A stretch of DNA of 64,000 nt, from the NCBI GenBank assembly GCA_028826165.1, contig JAPDFW010000113.1:62001-126000 (forward strand). Reading direction: 5' to 3'. Of this stretch, positions 12,045-26,400 are shown one piece after another; position 1 is the first letter of the stretch; the number at the start of each line of letters is the position of its first letter. Below the pieces are notes generated by a model. That model made no database searches. It had not been told where the DNA came from and saw only the letters and a program-made list of their open reading frames with translations. The position numbers were made by a program, and so were the translations under genes. The DNA comes from Anaeramoeba ignava BMAN (taxonomy: Eukaryota > Protista > Anaeramoebae).

Positions 12045-14680
12045 ATGTCTTTTACTCGAAGAATTTCATCAAGAAAATCAAAATTTAAACAAAGAATTGA
12101 ACTTGGAACACAAAAAGATAAACGATTTGATATTTCAGTTCAAATTAGTAAAGCAAAAAAAGATAAAATATTATCTTCAAAAAGAGAAGAAATGGAACAA
12201 AGGAAATATTTTCAAAAATCACAATTATTATATGAAGAAAAAATATTTGCAGATGTTAGTTTTTCTTTTTTAAATAAAACAATAAAACAATAAAACAATA
12301 AAACAATAAAACAATAAAACAATAAAACAATAAAACAATAAAACAATAAAACAATAAAACAATAAAAAAAAGCAATAAAACAATAAAAAAAAAACGTTAA
12401 AAAAAATTTAAATTAAAAATTTAAATTATATATTTTTTTAGCTTCAAAATCTTTCTTCAATTATTAAAGATCTTGAAAATGGTGATCCATATAGACAATT
12501 TAAAGCATTAGGAAGAGTAAGAAGAATGCTTTCATTAACTTTATTTAAACCTCCAGTTGCAGAAATTTTTCAATCTCAAGCTCTTTCAGTTATTTTAGGA
12601 TTTTTAAAATCAAATCAAAAATATTATCAAGTACTTTTTTTTATAAGAATCAAAATTATTTTATTTTCTTATTTTTTTTTATAATAAAAAACAGTTTGAA
12701 GCAATTGGATGTATTATGTATATATTAAGAAATGGTGAAAATTTAGCTCCTCAATTAGTTCATTTAGGAGTTATTGATGATTTATGTCAAATTGCAATGC
12801 AAAGAAATAATGATAATAATTTTGAAAATGCTCGTGAAGTAAATTCATTTATAAAATTCATTTATAGAATCAAAATATAAATCAAAATTAAAATTAAAAT
12901 TAAAATCAAAATTAAAATCAAAATTAAAATCAAAATCAAAATTAAAATTAAAATTAAAATTAAAATTAAAATCAAAATTAAAATCAAAATTAAAATTAAA
13001 ATTAAAATCAAAATTAAAATTAAAATTAAAATTAAAATTAAAATTAAAATTAAAATTAAAATTAAAATTAAAATTAAAATTAAAATTAAAATTAAAATTA
13101 AAATTAAAATTAAAATTAAAATTAAAATTAAAATTAAAATTAAAATTAAAATTAAAATCAAAAATAAAATTAAAATTAAAAATATAAATTAAAATATAAA
13201 TTAAAATTTAAATATAAATTAAAATCAAAAAAATAAAAAGGCACTTCAAGCTTTAGAAATTTTTGCACAACAAAATATTGAAATAAGAGATTTTTTAATA
13301 AATAAAGAAGTTATTCCTATTGTTTTAGATTTTGTTGACAGATCAAAACATTATTATTTATTATCAGTTATTGCAGCTTTATGTCAAGGAAATCCAACAC
13401 CAAAACATCAAACAATTGATAGTTTTCTCAAATTAATTCCTGATTTAATTGCTTTAAATATTGATACTGCAACTCAAAAAATACTTACTTCTTTATGTTA
13501 TCTTGCAACTGGAGATTATGAAACTCGTTTAAAATTGGAAGAACTTCCTATTGTAGAACAATTAAGGGGTTTTTTATCGTAAAAATCCAAATTAAAATTA
13601 GAATTCATTTATAAAATTAAAATTAAAATTAAAATATAAATTAAAATTAAAATATAAATTAAAAATTAAAATTAAAATTAAAATTAAAATTAAAATTAAA
13701 ATTAAAATTAAAAATTAAAATTAAAATTAAAATAAAAATTAAAATTAAAATTAAAATTAAATTAAAAATTAAAATTAAAATTAAAATTAAAAATTAAAAT
13801 TAAAATTAAAATTAAAATTAAAATTAAAATTAAAATTAAAATTAAAATTAAAATTAAAATTAAAATTAAAATTAAAATTAAAATTAAAATTAAAATTATA
13901 ATTAAAATTAATATTAAAATTAAAATTAAAATTAAAATTAAAATTAAAATTAGAATTCATTTATAAAAATTAAAATTATAATTAAAATTAAAATTAAAAA
14001 TTAAAATTAAAATTAAAATTCATTTATAAAATTAAAATTAAAAATTAATATTAAAATTAATTTATAAAATAAATAGTTCAGATAATTTTTTAATTAAAAC
14101 AAGAGCATTAAGATATTTATCAGATATGATTTCTGAAAATACTCAAATGACATATGAATTACTAAATCTAGGATTAATTGAAGTTCTACAAGAAATTTTA
14201 CATTCACAAGTGGAAGAAGAAGAAGAATTTTCAAGTATAATTCTTTTAAAACTGACAACAATTCCAAAAATACAAGAAGAAAATATAATTTTTGAGTTAG
14301 TTATTTGTTGTTTGGATTCTTGGTTTTTTAATGTGAAAAAAAATGGATTGCTTGCTGCTCAAAATTTAATCAATTTTCCTAACTTTCTACTTCGTATTAT
14401 TGATTTGGGTAGTTTAAAAGTTTTGAGTGGATCACTTAGTGAAAAAGATCCTCAATCTATTTCAATTATTGTTCAACTTATTCTTTCTATTTTGAAAATT
14501 TCTGAAGAATTACAAAATGTTGATGAATTGAAAAAATTTTTTGATTTATTTGAAGAAGCTCAAGTTTTTGATCAAATACAAAAAATTCTATTATCAACAA
14601 ATGAAGAAATAAAAAAGATTTGTCAGGAAATTTTAGATTTATTACTTAAAATTGAAGATTTTTTAGGACAAAATTTGTAA
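12045..14680 (+). CDS. Divergent importin-alpha-like ARM-repeat protein, 5 exons
   Basis: N-terminal IBB-like segment (RKSKFK...RFDISVQISKAKKDKILSSKR), then RVRRMLSLTLFKPPV, QFEA and LCQGNPTP. Exons approx. 12045-12254, 12442-12630, 12695-12838, 13241-13578 and 14077-14680, all GT-AG. Confidence 0.75.
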
Positions 14681-14986
14681 GGAAGATTTACTTATTTTAT
14701 TTTACTTTATTTTTATCAAAAAAAAAAAAAAAAAAATGGGAAAGAAAAATAAAACGAATTTTAATTAAATTTAATTCAATTTTAGTTTGAATTTTAGTTT
14801 GAAATTTTAATTAAATTTTGTTCCACTTTTTTAATTTTATTTTTAATAGAAATTTTAATTAATTTTGTTCCACTTTTTTAATTTTGAAATTTTGTTCCAC
14901 TTTTTTAATTTTGAAATTTTGAATTTTAATTTAATTTTGTTTGAAATTTTGAATTTTAATTTGAATTGAATTTGTTAAAATTCAAT

Positions 14987-15019
<33 letters not shown>

Positions 15020-15052
15020 AAGAATCAAAAATCAAAAATCAAAAATCAAAAA

Positions 15053-18000
15053 TCATTTGCGAGAATTCTTTGATTTATCTTTTCCCTTTTGTTTTTGTTG
15101 AGTAGAAACAATAGCATTAAACCATTCATCAGTTAAACCATTTGAATCAGAAGAAATAAAATACTCACGATATTCAACAGTAATTTTAAAGCAATATTTC
15201 TTTTTAAAATTAGAAAGAATTTCCACACCACCATCCTTAAGGGGAATAACACCACAAAGATTAGCGGATTTCTGGGATTTAAAATAGTAGAGACAATCAT
15301 CATTTTTAAGAACAAACCAACGTTTTCTCCAACCGCCTTTAAGACCACTTCCACCATATTCCTTTAAGAAACCTGACTTGAGAACTTTTTGTGGATCAAA
15401 TATCGATTCGGAACGCAGTTTTTTGTCCTGATGAGCTTGCTTAGATGTGTCTCCTTGAAGCAGATCTTTGATGAATTGCAGAATATTTGATCCAATGTTT
15501 TCGGGAATTGAATTCAAAGTATTTATGAATATTTTCAGTAAATAAGGTGGTGTGTCAATATCAAACCGATGCTTGTCAAAAATGAGTCTGACAAGAATTT
15601 CATTTGAAGAATCATCGCAATGAACAACGAGGAGCAAAGGATATCTGAGGGAGTCGTGTATCGAGACATTCTCAAAATTGAGCCCTGCTTTTTCGGTGTT
15701 TATTGAAAAAACATAATTATTTTCGCCAAGATCACGAACCGGGACAATAGAGTCTTTGGGGTAGTTTTCAACAAGCACAACACCGCCATCAAAGAGGTCT
15801 TGAGTCTCCTGCAACCCGCACCATTTGCGGATTTGGGATATTGTTGTGTTTGCAAAGTAGGAAGTTTTAACAATTCCAAGTTGGATCTGTTCAAGATGCT
15901 TGAGAATGCTTTGTTCCTTGATTAACGCGACCCTGAAAGGCAAAGCTCGCGAATAGTATCCGATTGTTTGTTCTATTCCTGGACCCAATATTGGCGGGCG
16001 ACCTGAGATATATGTTCCAAAACACAATGTGGGAGACTTGGAACGCAGTGCGAGTGCAATTGCCCATGAAAAATGAAAAATTGTTGATAAAATAATTTGG
16101 TTTGATTCTGCAACTTGTTTCAATTTTTGGAATTTCGAGGCTTCCACCCGCATGGAAAGCTCGTGGAAAGATACAGCATTCAAATGGAACTGTCCAGTGA
16201 TTTCGCGTGATTCGGTTTCGATTTGTGTATTGTCTTCAACGGTTTGTCCTGTTTCTCCAAAAGGAGTTGATCTTTTTTTTGTAATTGGAATTGAAAAGTC
16301 AACATCGCCAAAAATATGCTTGAAAAACCTTTTGGCTTCAACAATTTTCGTTGAATTTTCCCATTCAAGATATTTCAGATAGATTTCTGTTGGGTTTTTT
16401 ATTAAATTGCTTGGGAACGAGGGCGAATTTTTTTTGAAAATTGGATCATCTTGTTCGGAAAAGAAAAAATCGGTTTCAATCTCATTTTTAGAATCAGAAT
16501 CTTTCTTGCTATTGGCCTGTTCATTGGAATGAGATTTCGAATCAGGAGTGTATATTGATTGGATATAATCCTTTGAAACAACACCCTCATCTGGAGTCGC
16601 AATACTTGCTTTTCCGCTGGCAACCATGTTTGTGTACAATGCGAAGACTTCATTGATTATAATTGGAAGAGACCAAGAATCGAACATGAACGGCTCAAAA
16701 GAAAAAACCAAGAGATATTCGCCGCGTCCGTCTACATTAACGAGAATGAACCTATAAAGTGGAGGAGAGGCAAAACGAAATGTTTTTTGGCGATCCTCTT
16801 TTAAAAGTGTTGCTTTTAAATTGAATCTTTGTGCAGCATCGTATTTTTCCCAGCTAATCTCCTTCCAACTCAGCTCAACAGACTTTCTGACAATCTGCAA
16901 AATGGAGAAGTTTTCATCGTCGTCGTCGTAATCATCGTCTAAAGAGGACGAATTTTTGGTGAAATAGGACCGCATGATCGGATGTCGTGAGATCATCATT
17001 TCTAATGAATTTTTAAACAAATCCACATCGAATTTGCGCGCGTGGAATGAGAGCACAAGTTGCTTGCAAATATGCTGTTTGACGATTTGTTTTTTGCGGT
17101 GGAAAAATTGGATAATTTCATGCTGACCTCGAATCGGGAGAATTATATCTTGAATTTTTTCATCTTCAGAAAATAACGATTGAAAAACTGATGTTTTTGA
17201 ACTGAATGATAACGGAAAATTAATTGGATCAGTAAGCTCATCCTGTTTCAGAAACTCCTTGTACATTTTGGAAAGGATCTTGAGCGCATTTGTTGCCAAA
17301 GAGCGAATATCTTGTGAATTATGCGCTTTGTGATTGAATTGGAATTTAAAATGCAAAGCGCCTTTGTGAATGTAAGTGACAACTTCAATCAAATGTGGTC
17401 TTCCCTGTTGCGCGGGATATAGATCGCCGAAGACGGAGTTGTCAATAACAGGCCAATGGCTGACTTCTCCCAATGATAGGTTGTTCATATCGATATCGCC
17501 GAGAAATGCGAAGCTGAGCTCGGATTTTTTCAGTGGCTCAAGGATATTTTTGAAATCATTTGGAATATTATTCAGAAGCTGGTCGACATCGGAAACATCC
17601 TTTTTTGGAGGTGTGGGTTGTGCAGCAAGCGGTGTTGATTGTGATGGATTTTGTGGAGGTGTTTGTGGTGCGGATGTGGACGAATTCGGTAAAGTGAAAA
17701 TCGAATTGAGTCCATCCTTGTCTTCCTGCTTGGATTTTGATTTGGTTAAAGATTGGAATTTGCTGTGTTTTGTTTGTGTGCTTTGCGCTTCATTAGCCTG
17801 GTTTGCAAGTGCGATGCTTCTTGCTTTTTCTTTTTCAACAATCAAATTTTCCACAAATCCAGTATAAAGAAGTGAGTTTAATTGATTCAAAAACCGCAAT
17901 GATTCGTAAACTTGTTGCTTCACAACAGAAAGCGCTTTCTTCTTATCGGCAGTCACTCCTGGAGCGGTAAAGGAGAGAAGAAGAGGAACAAGTAATTCTT

Positions 18001-21000
18001 GCCAGCCGAGGATTTTTGAGTAGTTGTTGTTGAATATTGTTGAGCTTGTTTTTCTCTGCGAAAGAAAGAGATGAAAAAATTGATGGACAGATCCTGTCCA
18101 TTTATTCAAGGCAAGGGAAATTGCAGTCAAAACAATCGAGATTAACTCTTTCGGTTGATTTCTGCATATCCGCTTGAAAAGATCGTTGGTGATTTTGGAA
18201 TTGACAGCGAGCACTAAGCTTGACTTGTATTCTTGGAGATTTGCTGTCCATTGTTGACCTTCTCTTGGAAGATATTTGACAACATTTTGATCCGACACTT
18301 TCTTGGCGATTTTTTGCCAAAACAAATACGCCTCTTTTGTGGGCTCTTCAGAATACTGCTCAGCAATCCAACTGAAGTGAGACATGAGCTTCTCTTGCGA
18401 ATCCAATTTTGGATCGCGAATATTTTTTTGATAAGCATCGTCGAGTTTTTGAATGAAAAGTTTCATGGATTCAAGATCAATAACGAGATGATGGGATGAA
18501 ATCACGAGATATCGTTGATCATCAAGATCCTTAAAGGCAACAAATCTTGCAAGTGGGCCGTTTGCAATGTCAAAGCTTTTTTGCAATTGCGAACACATTT
18601 GTGGCATTGTTGGTGTGTTCGGAGTCACTTCAACGTATGCGAAAGAAAGCTTGATCTCCGGATTCACTTTCAATTTGTGTTTGAGTTTGTTTTCTGAAAA
18701 ACACATTTTGAAACACTCGTTTTGATCGTATATAAAATTGAGTGATTTCTCGAGCGTTGGAATATCAACATCCGTTTTAAGTTTAATAACAGATATAATA
18801 TTGTATTGATTTGGCTGGAAAAAATTCTGTTCCAAAAACCACGCTTGGATTGGCGAAAGTGGGCATTCGTTTTCTTGATAAAAATCAGGTGATTCAATTC
18901 GTTTTAAGCCTTGAAACGAAACAACTGAAAAATCGAAAATATTCGAGCGATTTTTCAAAACAAACGCTGCAAGATCAGACACCACGGGATACTGGAAAAG
19001 AGCTTGGTAACTGAATTTCACTCCCGCTCGCATCGCTTTGGAAACTATTCTCATCGCATCAATAGAATTCCCCCCGAGAATAAAGAAATTGTCATTTATA
19101 CTAACACGTTCGTATTTCAGAACAGTTGCATAAGTTTGGCACAAAAATTCTTCAACATCGTTTGTTGGCTTCATGTATTTTCTGTCTGGTTCGTTGTTGA
19201 AATTCTTCTCAATTTCATGTGTTGTGCGGATCTTGTTTCGATCCATTTTTCCGTTTTGATTGACTGGGAAATTTTCAAGAATTGAGAAGGAATCAGGAAT
19301 CCAAGTTGATGGTAAATATTCCTTCATGAAAACAGACATTTCCGTTGAAGAAGGCGGCACCTCAGTATTCGGCGCAATGCATGCAATGATTCTGCGTAGG
19401 AATTGCTTTTGGGGATCTCGAATAATTGTGATAATTTCGGAAATTTTTGGATGATTTTGCAGGATTGTCTCGACAGCCCACACATTGACTCGCTCGTCCT
19501 GGATATACAGCGAGTTTATTTCCTTTTCTCGATATCCCAGATGCTCGAGCTCGCCTGAAGGCAGAAGACATCCAGTCTCTCCTGTTCTGAACATAAGCCC
19601 GCCAGAAGGAGAACTCACAAATAGTGAATCAGTGATTTCTTGATTTTGATAATATCCATTGCACATTGCTTCTCCACACACAAAAATAGTCCCTTTGGCT
19701 CCAGAAGGAACTGGTCTGTAGTGATCATCCAGGATGAAAATCTCCGAGTCGGCAAATGATTTTCCAATAGGCGCCGCATTTGTAGTACTTCTATCTATCG
19801 CGTGAAGCAATTCATTTGATTTTATTTTTGAATCATATAGTTTTATTAATGAAACTATCGATGAATTTTCAGGAATTCCTGAACAATATATTAATTCATT
19901 CGGTTTTTTTTCTAATTGAAGAAATGCATCTAATAAATCGTATTCTATTGGATCTCCATACACAATTACTTGCTCAAATCCTTCAAATGGCCACGCCACT
20001 TGTTGATTTAATTCCAATATTTCTTGCTGTGAATTTTCGACATTTTTTCCCAAATTTTGATTTTCATTTGATTTTAATTCGAAAAATTTTGATTCACCAT
20101 CACTTGATAAATCCGATTTATTCCCTTCGTTGAAATCCTCCTCATGAAACTCGAAATCAACTGAACTATCCGAATCATCTTCATCAAAATCATTCTTTTT
20201 AGGTTTTTTGACTTGGTTTTTCTCTTTTGATTTTTTTGGATCATTTGAAATTTGTTTTTCGCTTTTTTTCTCAATCTCATCCTCATTTTCTGTTTCATTA
20301 AGAAATGTTTCAATTTGTGGGAGATTATAAAGTTCCTCATTCAAAATTCTTCTGAAAGAGAACGTAGTAATAACAATAAATTTCATATCCAGAATTTTTG
20401 CAACGACTGGGAATTTATTACTAAGAACAAATTTTTTAGAAGTTATCGCGAGTTTTCCTCCATTTAGAAGTGTTCCCCACAATTCAATAATGCCTCTTTC
20501 CGAAGAGAGAGGTGAATAATGTGCCACTGCGTCTGTCATTTTGAAGTGTTCTTTGCAAGCAAGTGATTTATTGATGATATTTGAATGTGCGATTTGAATT
20601 CCAAGTGGTGTTCCTTCATCAGAAAATGTCACTAAAATGCATGCATTATCACTGCCTTTTGTTGTTTTGGTAGCTTTTGGTATTCCTTGTGTTTTGTGGT
20701 CTTGTTTTTTGTGTATATTGTCTATTATTTCTTCAGTTAAACACATTATTTTTAACGAGTGATTTTCAATATCATTTTCAATTCCTGAAAAAATATCATT
20801 TGTTTTTTGGCCTGTAAAAAGTAAATTAATCCCGAATTGTTTGACCAATTTGCTTGTTAGTATTTTACTAAGTCGAGGATCAAGGGGAACATAAACACAA
20901 CCTTTATAAATATAAATATTTAAAATAAATTTAAATATAAATATAAATATAAATAAAAATTTAAATTATAATATTTTTTTCTTTTACCAAGTTTCAAAAT

Positions 21001-23247
21001 TGCAAGTATCGCAATAGTTGAAGGAATAGAACATAGAATAGATATCGCAATCAATGATCCAGGCTTCACATTTAATTCTTCCTTCATGTATTTTGCAAAA
21101 GAAGTCGATTTCATATCCAGTGATTCATATGTCATTTTTTTATTTAAAGTTCGAATTGCAATTGAATGTTTTTTCTTTTGAACAATTTTTTGGAAGAATT
21201 GAAGAATGTTTTTCTTAACTGATTTTTGCTTTTTTGAATGTTCTGATAACTGGAATTGTTTATTCCATTCTTGAATAATTTTTTCATTTTCAAAACGCGT
21301 TAAAAGAGGAAAAGAATGAATTGAAATATCTTCTTGAGAAGAAACTAATTTGTCAAGAATTGTTGTGAAATGAGTAGTAAAAAGAGAAATGAAAGAATCG
21401 CTGAATCGCGAAGTGTTGAAAATGATTCTGTTATGAAACATAATCTTAGTCTCAATATCAATCTTTTTTGAATACTCTTCGTCAATCATCAAAACAATTA
21501 AATCAAATGTTTCAAGTATTTTATATTCATATTTATTTTTGACTTCCTTTTTCATTGTTGATGATAATCTTCCAACTCGATTCCTTACATTTTCATCCAG
21601 TTTTTCCCGTTCAACTTCTGCGCTATTTTGAATATTTAGTTCAAATGATTGATTCAAAACATATTTTTTCTTTTCAAATTTTTCCACTATATTTGATGAA
21701 TCAAAAACAAATAAAATTCTTGATGGATTTTTTTTGTTGAAATTGTCAAGTAGTTTTGAATATAATGTGTCTTTATATGGTTTTAATTCTTGTATTTTTT
21801 CTGATACATTTTGGAGATATTCTTGGAATGTTTCAAATTCAGAAATATTTGAATTGAAAAAAACTGGATTTATTGGTATTTTTTTGTTTTCTGTGTTTTG
21901 TGGGATTTTGTCCATCATAATTGATACTGAAATGTTATCTGATGAAACAAAATGAGAAAGAAGGAAAGTGAATGAACTCAGAAAGAAATCAAATTTGGTG
22001 TTATTTGGGAAAGATTTGGAAATTAAATTGTATTTTTGGAATACAAAGCAATCTGATGAATTGAGTGGAGTTGAATCTTTTTCATTTTTTTCGTTTCCAA
22101 AGAAGGATAATTGTTGAGTTTTCTTAAGTTCATCGTTCCAGAATATTGTACTTTATAAATTTTAATTTATTTATAATTTAATTTAATTTAATTTTTAATT
22201 TATAATTTAATTTTTAATTTAATTTATAATTTAATTTATAATTTTAATTTTTTATAATTTAATTTATAATTTTTTATTTATAATTTATAAATTTTAATTT
22301 ATAATTTTTAATTTATAATTTTTATTTATAATTTTATTTTATTTTATTTATATTTTTATTTTATTTATAATTTAATTTTATAATAATTTAATTTTATAAT
22401 TTTATTTTATTTATAATTTTATTTATAATTTTATTTTATTTATAATTTTATTTTATAATTTTATTTATAATTTTATTTATAATTTTATTTATATTTTTAT
22501 TTATATTTTTATAATTTTATAATTTTATTTTAATTTTTTTAATTTATAATTTAAATTTTATTTAATTTAATTTATATTTTATTTATAATTTTATTTATTT
22601 ATTTATAATTTTATTTTATTTTTTATTTATAATTTTATTTATAATTTTATTTTATATTTTATATTTTTTATTTTATAATTTTATTTTATATTTTAATTTT
22701 ATAATTTTAATTTATAATTTTAATTTTATTTTAATTTAATTTTTAATTATAATTTTATTTATAATTTAATTTATAATTTTAATTTATAATTTTTAATTTA
22801 TATTTTATTTTAATTTTAATTTATAATTTTAATTTATATTTTAATAATTTAATTTATAATTTATTTATATTTTAATTTTATTTATACCTTATTTATTTAT
22901 AATTTTTTAAATTTTATAATTTAATTTATAATTTTATTTTTATTTATAATTTTATTTTATATTTTTTTAATTTATATATTTTAATTTATAATTTAATTTT
23001 ATAATTTTATTTATTTTAATTTTATAATTTAATTTATAATTTTATTTATAATTTTTATAATTTTAATTTATAATTTAATTTATAATCAATTTTATTTAAT
23101 TTTATTTATATTTTATTTATTTTATTTATATTTTTTATTTATATTTTGATTTAGATTAATTTCTTTTTTGCCATTTATTGTAATATTAATTTATTTATTG
23201 AAATAAGAAATTGCTTTTTTTTTTTATAAAATATAAAATTACTCCAT
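15053..23247 (-). CDS. NRPS-like multidomain protein: partial C, adenylation, PCP, epimerization, condensation, PH domain (~2338 aa)
   Basis: Exons 23247-23243, 22150-20988 and 20901-15053 join in frame. Motifs: A1 MTYESLD, A2 LKLGCVYVPLDP (created by the splice), PIGKS, FRTGE, A10 NQNGKMDR; PCP DNFFILGGNSI; E-type LSPIQAWF, HHLVID, FAFLGDID; C-type FGTYISGRP, TIGYYSRALPFRV; PH KSGFLKEYGG...WRKRWFVLK...YFISSDS...EWFNAI. Confidence 0.9.
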
Positions 23248-23431
23248 TTAAAATTAAACAATTTTGAAAAGAATTTAACTATTTTTCCCTTTTTAGTATT
23301 TATGTAATTTGTTTTATTTTATTTTTTTTAAAAATATTTAAAAAAGAAAAGAAAAGAAAAAAATGAAAAAAAAAAATTTAATTCATTTTTTTCTTTTTTC
23401 TTCTTTTTTTTTTCTTAATTTGAATTAAAAA

Positions 23432-26400
23432 ATGCAAAATGAACAAATTTATTGGAAATTTTTATGTTTTCGAATTTCCAAAATTCCACTTGAAGAATCA
23501 CCATATATAAGTCCATGGAGACAATGGAAAAAATATAAAAGAATTCCTTTCAAATTCATATTACATATTTTTATTACAATACTTATTACTTATCAAGTTT
23601 AAAATTCAATTAAAAAATTCAATTAAAAATTCAATTAAAAAATTCAATTAAAATTTCAATTAAAAATTCAATTAAAATTCAATTAAAAAATTCAATTAAA
23701 AAAGGTTATTTTAATTACAAAATATCAAATACCTTATTTAAAACAAACTCAAGTATTTCTTTCTGGTGCTTTTTTACCGGATTCTGAAAGTTATCTTCCT
23801 GCAATGGATGGTTTTATTCACAAAGAAATATTTACAAATCAAGATTTTATTGATACTTTGAAAAGTGTTACTCAAACATATTATGGATTCTCAAATGATT
23901 CAATTGGTTTATTTGAGTAAATTAAATATTCAAATTAATTAATATTTAAATTAATAAATATTTAAATTAATTAATATTCAAATAAATAATATTTAAATCA
24001 ATTAATATTCAAAATAATATTTAAATTAATAAATATTCAAATCAATTAATATTTAAATTAATAAATATTTAAATTAATTAATATTTAAATTAATAAATAT
24101 TTAAATCAATTAATATTCAAATTAATTAATATTTAAATCAATAAATATCCAAATTAATTAATATTTAAATCAATAAATATTCAAATTAATTAATATTTAA
24201 ATTAATAAATATCCAAATTAATAAATATTTAAATTAATAAATCCAAATTAATTAATATTTAAAATAATATTTAAATTAATAAATATCCAAATTAATAAAT
24301 ATTTAAATCAATAAATATTTAAATCAATAAATATTTAAATTTAATAAATATTCAAATTAATAAATATTCAAATTAATAAATATTTAAATTAATTAATATT
24401 TAAAAATAATATTTAAATCAATAAATATCCAAATTAATTAATATTTAAAATATTTAAATTAATTAATAATAAATATTTAAATTAATTAATATTCAAATAA
24501 ATAAATATTTAAATAATATTTAAATCAATTAATATTCAAATTAATATTTAAATTAATTAATATTTAAAATAAATAAATATTTAAATTCAAGTTATAACAT
24601 TAATGAAGATAATCAAATTGAAGCACCAATTTTTACAATTGAAGAATTTACAAAAACTTCATTTGATGAAATAAAAATTGATCCTCAAAAAATTAATTAT
24701 GAAACAGATTTTGGTAAATAAATATTTTCAAAAGAAAGAAAAGAAGGATTTAAAAAAAAAATTGATTTAAAATTTATTCCAAAATATTTTTTCTAAATTT
24801 AGTTTCTTATCCACTTACTTTAAAACAACCATGTGGACCTTTTACAAATTTATCAAATGATGAAGTACAAAATTTATTTGCAAAATTTAGAACAGCTCAA
24901 ATCAGTTTTTCATTATTAAATTTATTTGTTTCAGAAATTGTTCAATGTGTTCAATGGAATGTTCTTGTAAATTTCTTTTTTTGATTCAATTGATTCCAAT
25001 TAATTTTTAAGAAACAAAACAACTGAATTTTTTTTTCATTTGAAAAATTATTTTAAAACAACAAAAAAAGATGTCTTTTAGTTTTGTTAGAAGAGGTGGA
25101 CGTTTATTATCAACAATTGATTTTTCTGTTACTTCTTGTGGAAATCAAGGTATTAAAATTAATATATTTTAAATATTTTAAATATTTTAAATATTTTCCA
25201 AAAATTTTTAAATATTTGATTCAATTAATTTTTTTAAAAAAAACAAAAAAGGAATTGGATTAAGTGATTTACTTCATACTGGCGAATTTTTTTCTGCATT
25301 TTTCTTGATTATTTTTTCATTTTTTAGCATGATAACTTCTATTAGACTTCTTTCTCAACAATATACACTTTATAAAGTTTATATCAATTAAATATTTAAA
25401 TTGAATATTTAAATTGAATTTTTAAATTAATTATTTATTTGTATTAGAATTTATCACAAAAAAAAGAAGAAACAAAACAAGTACAACGTCTTTTTAAATC
25501 AACAACTCAATTTAAAATAGCTTTTTTTGATTTTTGGCATGTTACAGCATTAATTGGTTCTGTTATTACAATTTTTGCTGAAGCTTTTTATATTTATAAT
25601 CAAGCACAAGGATTAAATCAAACACAAAATTTTTTTGCATTAATTTTTGCATTAGCTTCACTTTTTTCATGGGCTAATTTATCTGGGTAAAACAAAACAA
25701 ATTAAATTAAATTAAATCAAATATTTAAATTAAATTAAATTAAATTAAATTAAATTAAATCAAATCAAATTAAATCAAATTAAATTAAATCAAATTAAAT
25801 CAAATATTAAAATCAAATTAAATTAAATCAAATCAAATTAAATCAAATTAAATCAAATTAAATTAAATTAAATTAAATTAAATTAAATCAAATTAAATTA
25901 AATAAATTAAATTAAATTAAATTAAATCAAAATTTTTAAAAACAAAAAATTAAATTAAATCAAATCAACAAATTAAATTTAAATTAAATCAAATTTAAAT
26001 TAAATATTTAAATTAAATCAAAAATTAAATTAAATATTTAAATTTAAATCAAATTAAATCAAATTAAATTAAATCAAATTAAATCAAATTAAATTAAATC
26101 AAATTAAATTAAACAAAAAGAAAAATTAAATTAAATTAAATTAAATTAAAATAATTAAATCAAATTAAATTAAATTCAAATTAAATTAAATAAAAATTAA
26201 ATTCACAAATCAAATTAAATTAAATCAAATTAAATCAAATTAAAATCAAAAATTAAATTAAATCAAATCAAATTAAATCAAATTAAATTAAATTAAATCA
26301 AATTAAATTAAATTAAATTAAATTAAATTAAATTAAATTAAATTAAAATTAAATTAAATTAAATTAAATTAAATTAAATCTTAAAACAAAAATAAATTAA

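Noticed and set aside
15400-19800. Raised GC in the NRPS exon as evidence of recent lateral transfer or contamination
   Set aside because: The native coiled-coil exon at 59880-61200 shows the same rise, so it appears to be a property of long exons. The gene has spliceosomal introns and host-like low-complexity inserts.
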